Part shown: in pieces, positions 55,695-64,000 of the stretch
Layout: each line of letters starts with the position of its first letter
Position numbering within the stretch: position 1 is the stretch's first letter
Assembly (NCBI GenBank): GCA_043719805.1
Contig: JAYSTI010000001.1
Coordinates: 151,770 to 215,769 of the forward strand
Source of the DNA: Candidatus Lloydbacteria bacterium
GTDB lineage: Bacteria; Patescibacteriota; Minisyncoccia; Phycocordibacterales; UBA6899
Direction: 5' to 3'
DNA: 64,000 bases
Notes under the pieces: generated by a model
Databases searched by the model: none
What the model saw: only the letters and a program-made list of their open reading frames with translations
What the model was told of the DNA's origin: nothing
Made by a program: the position numbers and the translations under genes

Positions 55695-57896
55695 TTATTT
55701 TTGACCGCTGATTTCCTTTATCAGTTGCGTACCTTGATCTTTCAGGCTCGCGTCGAGGCTCATACCCTTTTCAACTGCGGCAATTGCCGCTGCTTTGTCT
55801 CCCTGAGGAGTATATGCCGCCGCAAGGGAGAAGTAGTCACGACCTGAGCCAAATCCTCGTGCAATCTTTTCGTTTACCATTTCTATCACCTTCTGATACT
55901 GCCCAACTGTTCCGAGCGCATTGATGATGCGATTATCGTACGCGATTGGATTGACCTTTTGGTCCACGAGGACTTCGTCCATGAGCGCAATCTTGTTTTG
56001 ATAGATGAGCGCTGTCGCATATGCGAGCACGGCGTCGGGATTTGCTTTTGCAAGCTCATAGGCAATCTTCGCCTGCTCTTCCGCGCGAGCATAGTCTTTG
56101 ACCGCAGCGTACATCATTGAGAGATCAATGCGTGTAGACTGGCGTTTAGGCGAAAGTTTAATTGCCTCATTGAATTGCTCGAGTGCCTTATCGTATTCGC
56201 CGAAGCGCGCATAAAACGTCGCAGCAAACGAACGCATGCGCGAATTATTTGGATCGTCGGCGAGCTCTTTGGTGAACTCCTCGGAGGCGAGGTCGTGAAA
56301 CATCTTCCTGATGTTTTCCGGCACGCGCGGGTCTTGAGTCTGAACGGCAATTTGTGCAAGCTGTTCGCGACCTTCAGTTGTCCCAAAAAGTCCCTGGTCG
56401 AGGATTGCTTTCATTGCAATTATCTTCTGTCCTTTTGGACCGTCGATAAGTATCCCCTCAGGGCGGATGGAACTGATGAGGTCGACGTTTGCATTGATAT
56501 TTCTGATGTTGACGTAGTAGATCATCGCGCAAGTAAGTGCGACAACTACTGCGCCCGCAATCGCGAGGTCCCCCGCCTCCAGTTCGTCTCCCGAGCGCGT
56601 CTTCTTTTGGACCTTCTCGACAACAGCGTCCTCAGCGTTCAATGTATGGAGGAATGCGAGTATCCCGAAGAAGATGATGTAGCTCGTGAGGTTGTCGAAT
56701 ACGAAAATGTTGTGAATAAAATACCCGGCAAGCATGCCCGTAAGAATACTCCGCTCTATAATAGAGAAGCGATGCTTCCTCCCGAACCAGAGATAGTAAA
56801 GGGCAGCTCCAAACATCGAGAGGTATGAGAGAAGTCCGAGTGCCCCTCCGGCGATAAGCCAGTCAAAGAACACGTCATGAGAGCGGTCGAACCAAGGCTC
56901 CTGATTCCACATATTGGGATTATACTGATCCGCAAAAACGTAGAGGAAATTGTCCTGTCCCCAGCCGAGCAACGGTCGTTTCTTGAATCCCTCCCACGAC
57001 ATTTCCCAGATCATGAAACGTGATTTTGTCGTCGCATCGTCCATTGATATCGATGCCATACGTCGCAAGGTCGGACTCTCCTGGATGAACGAAGAATCCT
57101 TGAACGCAATAAATGCGCCAATCAGTAGAAATGCCCCCAAAACTCCACCGACGGCATATTTTTTCCACTGCGGATGCTCTTTGTCGAAAATTGCAATAAG
57201 GAGAAGGGTCAAAAATATACCGCCAATCACACCGAGGAGTGTACCGCGCGTCTGTGTGTAGTAGACGATGACCACATTCACCGTCGCGATTATCGGATAA
57301 ATCCAGCGGAGGGTATTTTTCTGCCCATCACGGAAGAACAGGAACATTGCGAGAAATGCATGAAAAAGCGCGAAGACCGCGAGATAGACCGAATTCCCAA
57401 ACGTTGCATCAAGACGGTCTGTGCTCTGGTGGATCGCGGATGAACCGGTGAGTTGCGAGAAGGCGTAGAAACTCACTATGACCGACGAAGCGAGTGAGGT
57501 ACGCCAAAACCATTTCCACATATTCTCTGTCGCAAGCACTGACGCAGTGATAATGAAATAGAGGAAGAGGTGGGCAAGCGTGATGAGACCCTCCATGCGC
57601 TCATAGTTGGACCAGAAACTACGGAAAGGATTCACCCCATTGAAGTCCGCCACCGTCATGACCGCGAGGAAAGTTCCCGCTGCGGCAAGTATCCACGAAA
57701 ATTTAGGACGATATGAGGCATCGATGAACATGAGCAACACCCAGAGTCCGAGCATCGCTTCTACGATGATACGAAAGAGAAAATTCTTACCGGTAATGAA
57801 CGGAAAAAACATTGTTTCCGCGACGTATAAACAAATAAAAGGCGTGGCAAATATACACGCAAGAATGCAAAATCGCAGTAGTTCCTTTAATGACAT
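55695..57896 (-). CDS. O-antigen ligase/polymerase-like (Wzy_C) polytopic membrane protein with C-terminal TPR repeats
   Basis: ~12 TM. RGTLLGVIGGIFL and ..HDVFFDWLIAGGALGLLSYL Wzy_C-type loop. C-terminal ~250 aa of TPR-like helices. Start trimmed to MSLKELL. Confidence 0.7.
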   Translation of the reverse strand: MSLKELLRFCILACIFATPFICLYVAETMFFPFITGKNFLFRIIVEAMLGLWVLLMFIDASYRPKFSWILAAAGTFLAVMTVADFNGVNPFRSFWSNYERMEGLITLAHLFLYFIITASVLATENMWKWFWRTSLASSVIVSFYAFSQLTGSSAIHQSTDRLDATFGNSVYLAVFALFHAFLAMFLFFRDGQKNTLRWIYPIIATVNVVIVYYTQTRGTLLGVIGGIFLTLLLIAIFDKEHPQWKKYAVGGVLGAFLLIGAFIAFKDSSFIQESPTLRRMASISMDDATTKSRFMIWEMSWEGFKKRPLLGWGQDNFLYVFADQYNPNMWNQEPWFDRSHDVFFDWLIAGGALGLLSYLSMFGAALYYLWFGRKHRFSIIERSILTGMLAGYFIHNIFVFDNLTSYIIFFGILAFLHTLNAEDAVVEKVQKKTRSGDELEAGDLAIAGAVVVALTCAMIYYVNIRNINANVDLISSIRPEGILIDGPKGQKIIAMKAILDQGLFGTTEGREQLAQIAVQTQDPRVPENIRKMFHDLASEEFTKELADDPNNSRMRSFAATFYARFGEYDKALEQFNEAIKLSPKRQSTRIDLSMMYAAVKDYARAEEQAKIAYELAKANPDAVLAYATALIYQNKIALMDEVLVDQKVNPIAYDNRIINALGTVGQYQKVIEMVNEKIARGFGSGRDYFSLAAAYTPQGDKAAAIAAVEKGMSLDASLKDQGTQLIKEISGQK

Positions 57897-58027
57897 GCCA
57901 TCAACTATATAGGGAATGCCCACTACTGGCAATCAGCATCGACTTGTACCGCCCTTTGCTTTTATGGCCTAATAATTGTTACTATTTGAGCTTCTCTGGG
58001 GTTTTCTTAGGCATAACGAACACATTT

Positions 58028-58849
58028 ATGAATATTACCGTATATGGAGGGGGGTTTCTGGGCAACCTTGTCGCGACACACCTTAACGCAACGATGGACA
58101 ATCGGCACATTAGTACTCAGGCAGAGTTAGAACAAGCAATCGGAATCCCTGATGTTATCATCAATGCGGCCGGAAAAACGGGGCGACCAAACGTCGACTG
58201 GTGCGAGGACCACAAAGAAGAAACCTACGCAGCAAACGTGACGTTGGCGAAAGTTTTTGCCGATCATGCAAAGAAACACAACATCAGGCTTGTACACCTT
58301 TCCAGCGGATGCATCTACGAGGGAGACAACAACGGCAAGGGATTTTCTGAGGATGATGCACCAAACTTTAATGGCTCATATTACTCACGTACGAAAGCGG
58401 AAGCAGAGCACATCCTCAAGGACTACGGCAACGTGCTTATTGTTCGTCCGCGCATGCCCATCGCCGCGATGCCAACTTCACGCAATCTTTTGAATAAACT
58501 CCTCGGATATCAGAAGGTCATCGTGGTACCAAATTCAATTACGGTAATCGAGGATCTACTCCCCTCACTTAAGGGGCTCGTCGACGCCGGTGCCACGGGG
58601 ACATTCAATTTCGTGAATCCTGAGCCCGTTACACACAAGGACATTCTCGAACTCTACGAAAAACACTCCGGAAAGATGTTGGAAAAAAAATACATCCCCG
58701 CGTCTGAGCTCATCGTGAAAGCTCAACGTTCAAACACAATCCTTCGTGCAGACAAACTCCGGGATGCCGGATTTCCGATGGGACACACAGTGGAAAGCCT
58801 AGATAACATCATCAGGAGATACGTCGAACTCGAACAGGGCGCAGATTAG
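58028..58849 (+). CDS. rfbD: dTDP-4-dehydrorhamnose reductase-like (RmlD family, SDR fold)
   Basis: MNITVYGGGFLG (Rossmann GxxGxxG), ..AAGKTGRPNVDWCE.. and SSGCIYEG, YSRTK (Y-x3-K). RmlD-like order. Confidence 0.65.
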   Translation: MNITVYGGGFLGNLVATHLNATMDNRHISTQAELEQAIGIPDVIINAAGKTGRPNVDWCEDHKEETYAANVTLAKVFADHAKKHNIRLVHLSSGCIYEGDNNGKGFSEDDAPNFNGSYYSRTKAEAEHILKDYGNVLIVRPRMPIAAMPTSRNLLNKLLGYQKVIVVPNSITVIEDLLPSLKGLVDAGATGTFNFVNPEPVTHKDILELYEKHSGKMLEKKYIPASELIVKAQRSNTILRADKLRDAGFPMGHTVESLDNIIRRYVELEQGAD

Positions 58850-59823
58850 AAATCTCTTTGATCAAATAATCCTGCAAGTTCGTCACACCTCAATCGCACA
58901 AAGTTTGCATACTTCTCTGCCAAGTCTTCACGGCCAACCATTTTACGATAAGGCACCTGGATGAGCGCCGCGGCTATCTCGTAGACCATGCGGACAATTT
59001 CCGGTGGGGGCACGATGGCGTAGGACTCATGCAGTATCTCCGCAAGCCCGCCCTCTGAAAGTGCGCTAATGTCCGCGCTCGTACGGCAAACAATAAAATA
59101 TCGGTCGTGTACGCGCCATGCGTCCTTTGGCGGCATGACATCAATGAACGACACTCCCCCCTCGAGAAAGAGAATGTTTTCGCCGTTCGTGTCGATGACT
59201 ACCGCAACTGAGTTCATATCTCCCGCAAAATAAGACTCCGTCTGCATCGCTCGCTGCATCAATCTGCCGGCGCGATCGACTTCTTCCCGCGTCAGAAGTG
59301 GTGCTGCGGTATACGCCCAGTCGCAAGTCCCCATGACCTCAGCATGGACATGTGCAACTCCGCGTTCAAAATATTCCTCAAGTCCCGCACGACGCGCGAG
59401 CGAAAGTGCTGTGAGCCGTTCCATCAGCACGCGCACATATTCCGCAAGTTCCTCTTCACGGAGCACTCCACGCTCAATCATGCGGTGAAGGTCTCTGTCC
59501 GTATCGATCTTCTGCATAACAATATACCAATCCTCTTCACTCTCACTCACGTGTACCAACTGTTCCCCTTTCCGACGTACACCGCGAAGCTCAAGATAAA
59601 TTTCTGGCGCCATAGCATTATTCCAAAAAAAGTCTTCAGCAATATATCCGCGTCGCACTTCGCGGTCGGCAAGGTCGGCAAAATCTGCAGTACGATGTTT
59701 GTATGCTTTGTGCACCTTGTCTCCGCGAACAAAAAGTTTCGAGAGCACCGTCTCGATCACTCGGTCATGCTCCCCTTCTACTCCTTCGACGGCGAGAGCC
59801 TCCAGTGCGGTCACAATATTCAT
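58846..59823 (-). CDS. phosphotransferase-family (APH-like) protein, GC-rich
   Basis: RVIETVLSKLFVRGDKVHKAYK resembles the [RL]IETH.S.VFL.GDRAYKLKKP N-terminal signature of an APH-like family (recalled from memory). ~58% GC. Confidence 0.45.
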   Translation of the reverse strand: MNIVTALEALAVEGVEGEHDRVIETVLSKLFVRGDKVHKAYKHRTADFADLADREVRRGYIAEDFFWNNAMAPEIYLELRGVRRKGEQLVHVSESEEDWYIVMQKIDTDRDLHRMIERGVLREEELAEYVRVLMERLTALSLARRAGLEEYFERGVAHVHAEVMGTCDWAYTAAPLLTREEVDRAGRLMQRAMQTESYFAGDMNSVAVVIDTNGENILFLEGGVSFIDVMPPKDAWRVHDRYFIVCRTSADISALSEGGLAEILHESYAIVPPPEIVRMVYEIAAALIQVPYRKMVGREDLAEKYANFVRLRCDELAGLFDQRDF

Positions 59824-59889
59824 TTGTCTATTATAGGGATTTACGGGTAAAAGAAAACCCGCATGCATGCATGCGGGAGGGATGGCGGA

Positions 59890-60579
59890 CTACAGACAGC
59901 GCGTGAGGACAAGCGTCATGGGATTGAAGACAGCGCGCGCCTCTTGCCCACGGAATTGGCCCGTGATGAGCACGAGACCTCCCCAGCCATACTCGGAGAC
60001 CGACAGGAATATCGGCTCGGCATGCCGGAGCTCCGTCGCCTCTGTTGCCGCGATACCAAAGAGGTCGTGCACGAGATTACACAGCACTTCGTAGTGCGAC
60101 ACGAGGATCGCGCAGCGCGGACCACGCAGATGCGCTTGACGCACGTAGTCTGCGAAGAACGCATACCACCGTGCGCGCACCTCGGCAGGTGTCTCGAAGA
60201 CCGTCGGGTCCTGGAACGCAGGCTCGGTCTCGTAGCTCACGTGGCGCTTTCCTGCGCGGAGGTCGGCATAGACCAGAGCGGCGCGGGCGGCGTCTCGCTG
60301 AGTCGTCGGACCCATCTCGACGCGCGGAAGGAGCGACCCATCGTGTGCGATCACTTCTGCAACGCACGTTGCAGTGAAATGCGCACGGGGCGCCGGCGAA
60401 GAATAGATGGAGAGGTAACGCAAGTTGACGCCATGCCGCTTCACCCACGGAAGCACGGAGTCTTGCGCGACTTGGCGCACGTGCGCCTCACCTTCCGGGG
60501 TGAGATCCCTCGGCTTGCCGTTATAGTTGGTCTTGCCGTGGCGAAGACAGAGAATTTCCAGATTCGTCGATTGGTTCAC
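59890..60579 (-). CDS. histidine phosphatase superfamily protein (PGAM-like)
   Basis: LCLRHGKTNYN (RHG catalytic motif), later ..VSHYEV (H). ~62% GC with many spurious overlapping ORFs on both strands. Confidence 0.65.
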   Translation of the reverse strand: MNQSTNLEILCLRHGKTNYNGKPRDLTPEGEAHVRQVAQDSVLPWVKRHGVNLRYLSIYSSPAPRAHFTATCVAEVIAHDGSLLPRVEMGPTTQRDAARAALVYADLRAGKRHVSYETEPAFQDPTVFETPAEVRARWYAFFADYVRQAHLRGPRCAILVSHYEVLCNLVHDLFGIAATEATELRHAEPIFLSVSEYGWGGLVLITGQFRGQEARAVFNPMTLVLTRCL

Positions 60580-60763
60580 TACAATCTCCTTTGAGATGAC
60601 TGAATTTGAGAAGAAGTCTACTGCGCAGAGTACATAAAATAACGAAAAATGTCAAGATTCCTCGGCCGATGCGGACCATAGCAACACTGACACTTTTTGC
60701 GCAAACGCGTTGTTTTCTATAATATATGACAAGCGCCACATCGCACGCAACTTCAAACAACAT

Positions 60764-61510
60764 ATGAAAGGAGTAATTTTAGCCGGAGGAAACGGAACAC
60801 GTCTGCACCCCCTCACCAAGATCACCAATAAGCATCTCTTGCCGCTCTACAATAAGCCGGTCATTTTTCATGCCGTAGAAAAGCTCGTCAACGCAGGGAT
60901 CACCCGCATCATGATAGTGCTCTCCCCTCAGTACCTCGACGACTTTGTAAGCGTGCTCGGCTCCGGGCAGGATTTCAAATCTGCGAAAACTGGACACCAG
61001 ATCCAGATCGTCTACGGAATACAAAACGAACCGGGCGGAATTGCTCAAGGACTCTGCATCGCACACGACTTCGTCGGAGACGATTCGGTGACGCTTCACC
61101 TTGGAGACAACATCATCGAGGATGACATTGCGGAACACGTCGTAAATTTTACTTCCGGAGCGAAAATATTCTTGAAAGAAGTACATGACCCGGAGCGCTT
61201 CGGTGTTGCCACCCTCGACAAGTACAAACGCGTGACGGAGATCATCGAAAAACCAAAATCTCCCGCGACGAACCTCGCGGTAGTGGGTATCTACATATAC
61301 GACAACACCGTATTCGCAAAAATGGAGGGGCAACCCAAGAGCGACCGCGGAGAGTTCGAGATTACCTGGGTCAACAATCGCTATGTCGATGAGGGCACCC
61401 TCATGGCCGAAAACGTAAAGGGCGCATGGTTCGATGTCGGCAACTTCGATAGTCTTCTCAATGCATCGAACTATATGAAAGAAAAGCACAAGAAAGAGAC
61501 GCTGTCATGA
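60764..61510 (+). CDS. rfbA: glucose-1-phosphate thymidylyltransferase
   Basis: MKGVILAGGNGTRLHPLTKITNKHLLPLYNKP is the RmlA signature. Start trimmed. Confidence 0.9.
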   Translation: MKGVILAGGNGTRLHPLTKITNKHLLPLYNKPVIFHAVEKLVNAGITRIMIVLSPQYLDDFVSVLGSGQDFKSAKTGHQIQIVYGIQNEPGGIAQGLCIAHDFVGDDSVTLHLGDNIIEDDIAEHVVNFTSGAKIFLKEVHDPERFGVATLDKYKRVTEIIEKPKSPATNLAVVGIYIYDNTVFAKMEGQPKSDRGEFEITWVNNRYVDEGTLMAENVKGAWFDVGNFDSLLNASNYMKEKHKKETLS

Positions 61511-62463
61511 AATACGAAAAGGTCATTCTTGTAACGGGTGGTGCCGGATTCATTGGGAGTAATTATCTAAATTTCGCCGTACCAAAATACCCGAACTACC
61601 AATTCGTGAATCTCGACTCACTCACCTATGCCGCAAATCTCAACAACGTCACCGTCGCAGCATCCCCGAATTATGCATTCGCCAAAGCCGACATCCGCGA
61701 TGCAGGCAAACTCGCTGACATTTTTGAGCAATACAAACCAACCCACATCATTCATTTTGCCGCAGAGAGCCATGTCGACAACTCGATTACCGGCCCAAAC
61801 ATCTTTGTTGAAACAAACGTGCTCGGCACGCAGAACCTACTTGAGTGTGCAAGAAAAAATGCAGTAAAGCGTTTTCACCTCGTCTCCACCGACGAAGTCT
61901 ACGGCTCGCTTGCCCCCGATGCAAAGGCGAGCACCGAAGCCGATGTCCTCCTCCCCAACAGCCCCTACAGCGCGTCCAAGGCCGCAGCAGACCTGCTTGT
62001 GCGCTCATATCACAAGACATTCGGACTCGACACGGTGACCACGCGCGCCTCAAACAATTACGGCCCAAATCAGCACCACGAAAAGCTTATCCCCCGCTTC
62101 ATCACCAATCTCCTTCAAGGAAAAAAAGTGCCACTCTACGGCAACGGCAAGAATGTCCGTGACTGGATACACGTCTCCGACCACGTCACCGGTATCGACC
62201 GCGTCTTCCGCGACGGAAAACCCGGCGAAGTTTACAACCTCGGCGGCGGAAACGAGATCGAAAATATCGACATCACCAAGAAACTCATCGCGCTCGCAGG
62301 TCGCGATGAGGATGCAATCGAATACGTCACCGACCGCCTCGGTCACGACATCCGCTACGCCCTCGACTCATCCAAAGCCACCCGCGAACTCGACTGGAAA
62401 CCCCTCAAGGATTTCGAACAAGGACTCAAGGAAACATTTGAGTACTATCGCACGTTGGAATAA
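61507..62463 (+). CDS. rfbB: dTDP-glucose 4,6-dehydratase
   Basis: ILVTGGAGFIGSNY, ..YSASKAA (YxxxK). ATGA overlap with rfbA. Confidence 0.9.
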   Translation: MKYEKVILVTGGAGFIGSNYLNFAVPKYPNYQFVNLDSLTYAANLNNVTVAASPNYAFAKADIRDAGKLADIFEQYKPTHIIHFAAESHVDNSITGPNIFVETNVLGTQNLLECARKNAVKRFHLVSTDEVYGSLAPDAKASTEADVLLPNSPYSASKAAADLLVRSYHKTFGLDTVTTRASNNYGPNQHHEKLIPRFITNLLQGKKVPLYGNGKNVRDWIHVSDHVTGIDRVFRDGKPGEVYNLGGGNEIENIDITKKLIALAGRDEDAIEYVTDRLGHDIRYALDSSKATRELDWKPLKDFEQGLKETFEYYRTLE

Positions 62464-62467
62464 CAAA

Positions 62468-62758
62468 TTATGAAACTTTTTTTGATCTTAGGTGTGTGCG
62501 GATAATTCTCCAGAGAGAAACGAGAATCAAGATGAGATAGAGGGGACCGAGAAATAGCGGGTATGCGAGTGCATCCATGTTAAAGAATCCTCCATTAGAC
62601 GGTATGGCGTTAACAGCAAAGGTCGCGAGAATGATGATTGGCACCATCCATCTTGCGAAGTTCCACCATGCGCGGAAGACTTCGTCGCGCATGCGGTAAG
62701 TGAGGATGGACAAAAGAAACATCACGGCACATGGAGCAAGTATGTAAAGCGCTGTCAC
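62468..62758 (-). CDS. small membrane protein (96 aa), paralog of 63111..63494
   Basis: FRAWWNFARWMVPIIILATFA...NGGFFNMDALAYPLFLGPLYLILILVSLWRI aligns with the downstream paralog. Confidence 0.55.
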   Translation of the reverse strand: MTALYILAPCAVMFLLSILTYRMRDEVFRAWWNFARWMVPIIILATFAVNAIPSNGGFFNMDALAYPLFLGPLYLILILVSLWRIIRTHLRSKKVS

Positions 62759-63110
62759 CAGTACCCCGTCTTCTCGCAGATGGCACCAATCATCATTGCA
62801 CGATGAACCAATTATAAAAAGTGATAATAAATAAAGAATGTATACCGACGAAATTACCAGTACGTTTTTTTTGTCCCCATATCTCTTAAATTAAAGAACT
62901 AATAAGTAATTTTCATTTCCCCATGGCTGGTGAGCATTCCCGGTGCCACCATCCCAGATAATTTTGTGCGTGATGCTCGGTTGTCACATTCGTCATCTGT
63001 TTCCGCGCAGATACCAATTTGTCGATTAAACAAGGATATCAAAAAACAGTTACCCCAATAAGTCCGATGAGCAAGATGTCCTTTTTATCTTGATTCATAT
63101 GCCAACCAGC

Positions 63111-63494
63111 CTATTTCAGCTTCTTTGATTTGAAATAGAGATAGACCGGCGTCGAGAGGGCGAAGAGGCCGAGGAGAATCGGGAAAAGGGGTTGCCATGG
63201 GTTAATCCCACTGAATCCCCCGCCACGCGCAGATGAGAGTGAGTATGCAATGAGCAAAGGGACAATCCACCAGCAAAGAAAGTGTAGCCAGGATTTGAAT
63301 ACTTCAGGGCGAACAAAGAGAGTGAAGAAGGAAGCGCTGATCAATGCAAGCAGGAGCATGCCAAAATTTTCTATGAAATTGTCAACTTCGACTGGGAGTT
63401 TTACTCCACCGATTTTTACTACCGCAAAGCATGCGAGTAGCACAAATATGGTCGCAAAAAAAAACTTGACACTTGATCTACATAATATCTTCAT
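63111..63494 (-). CDS. small membrane protein (127 aa), paralog of 62468..62758
   Basis: FKSWLHFLCWWIVPLLIAYSLSSARGGGFSGINPWQPLFPILLGLFALSTPVYLYFK. Shared W-rich helix, GG.F loop and basic C-terminus. Confidence 0.55.
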   Translation of the reverse strand: MKILCRSSVKFFFATIFVLLACFAVVKIGGVKLPVEVDNFIENFGMLLLALISASFFTLFVRPEVFKSWLHFLCWWIVPLLIAYSLSSARGGGFSGINPWQPLFPILLGLFALSTPVYLYFKSKKLK

Positions 63495-63525
63495 ATATAT
63501 GATTATACCCTAATTATTCTATTGT

Positions 63526-63966
63526 CTAATATGCAATTTCTAATACACCTTTAAGTATTGAAATACTGACCAATTGAGTGTCTGTTTTCGTCGACTTCGT
63601 AACACTCTTTTCGCCACCCTCTTTCACTCTGTCGACAATTTTAGTTTGATTTGTACTCCCGGAATACTCGGCACGGATGCGACGCACGCCATTGATACGC
63701 ACATCTTGAGTGAGTAACTTTAGTGTGCCATTTTTGTTGAGCTCCCATTCGAAATCAAGAGTCGCCCTTGGGGTCGAAGTAGGTACGTCGTTATAGATAA
63801 GGGTATTGAAAACAACCTTTAACCGTGTCGGTTTTTCTCTGTACTTCACAAATGGAATGAGGAGTGTATTGCCACCCTTGTCCACAATACGGATCGAGGA
63901 AGTACTTTGAGTCACCACTGTTGCACCTTCGGCATCTACTCCTCTCACGACTAAGTCACTCGTCAC
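63526..63966 (-). CDS. hypothetical beta-rich protein (146 aa)
   Basis: Clean ORF near the window end. No motif recognised. Confidence 0.45.
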   Translation of the reverse strand: MTSDLVVRGVDAEGATVVTQSTSSIRIVDKGGNTLLIPFVKYREKPTRLKVVFNTLIYNDVPTSTPRATLDFEWELNKNGTLKLLTQDVRINGVRRIRAEYSGSTNQTKIVDRVKEGGEKSVTKSTKTDTQLVSISILKGVLEIAY

Positions 63967-64000
63967 GAGGTCGAAATTGAATGCAACCTCAGGTGGGTTG

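Noticed and set aside
57890-58027. N-terminal extension of the RmlD-like ORF (MTCHQLYRECPLL...) overlapping the ligase-like gene start
   Set aside because: The Rossmann motif begins at MNITVYGGGFLG (58028). The upstream part overlaps the divergent gene and promoter region.
1-64000. tRNA, rRNA and CRISPR arrays
   Set aside because: I scanned the larger intergenic regions (40821-41628, 36886-37158, 55439-55694, 62759-63110, 3108-3436) for T-loop (GTTCGA/GTTCAA..TCC) and acceptor patterns and for regularly spaced direct repeats. None was seen. A tRNAscan/Infernal run would be needed to exclude tRNAs firmly.

Overview
This 64-kb window is about 50% GC, gene-dense, and almost entirely coded on the minus strand (about 55 CDS). 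I saw no rRNA, tRNA or CRISPR array by eye.

Gene content:
- Housekeeping genes: a partial rpe-like gene at the left edge, rpiB, a NADAR protein, gap, gatB, obg, a MYG1-family protein, a DnaQ-like exonuclease, a short-form MutY, a minimal ATP-dependent DNA ligase, a Pif1/RecD-like helicase, an M3 peptidase, an AI-2E transporter, an MFS transporter, RdgB/Ham1, MazG-like, secA, murB, an O-antigen-ligase-like/TPR protein and rmlD-like/rmlA/rmlB.
- A csc-like cell-surface cluster co-oriented with gatB: a membrane-anchored HTH protein, a DUF916/DUF3324-like protein, a WxL-like secreted protein and a 1011-aa FN3-rich surface protein.
- A DUF3999/DUF2339-like membrane pair.
- A GC-rich (~58-60%) block with a long coiled-coil protein, a classical-AAA ATPase, three membrane proteins and an ATGA-coupled micro-ORF. 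This is a candidate undescribed module.
- A 9.2-kb gene for a ~3070-aa SpvB/FG-GAP/RHS (Tc B-C-fusion-like) polymorphic toxin. It has the RHS core autoproteolysis motif (RYYDGGNGKFKSQDP...DPSG), an unassigned low-GC 177-aa C-terminal toxin domain and an abutting 87-aa putative immunity gene. An orphan YD-repeat fragment ORF and a single-copy REP-associated tyrosine transposase (RAYT) follow it.

Three families of short structured intergenic repeats occur, two copies each:
- Family 1 lies 3' of rpiB and gap.
- Family 2 forms the 5' leaders of gatB and the DnaQ-like exonuclease. It has mutually exclusive helices supported by compensatory substitutions, which makes it a candidate cis-regulatory RNA.
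- Family 3 has a GCGTACTC-G-GAGTACG dyad and sits upstream of secA and between a wHTH gene and the ligase-like gene.

Other observations:
- A ~250-nt GC-rich structured region with a strong plus-strand intrinsic terminator lies between the surface-protein gene and gap (candidate ncRNA).
- A 24-aa Lys/Ala-rich micro-ORF with its own bidirectional terminator lies upstream of secA.
- Taxonomy cannot be fixed from sequence alone. The gene content (WxL/DUF916-like proteins, minimal ligase, many small membrane proteins, giant surface proteins) suggests a monoderm or CPR-like uncultivated bacterium.

CDS ends follow the ORF track. Starts were re-chosen by amino-acid arithmetic. Coordinates of small features were read by eye and may be off by 1-3 nt.
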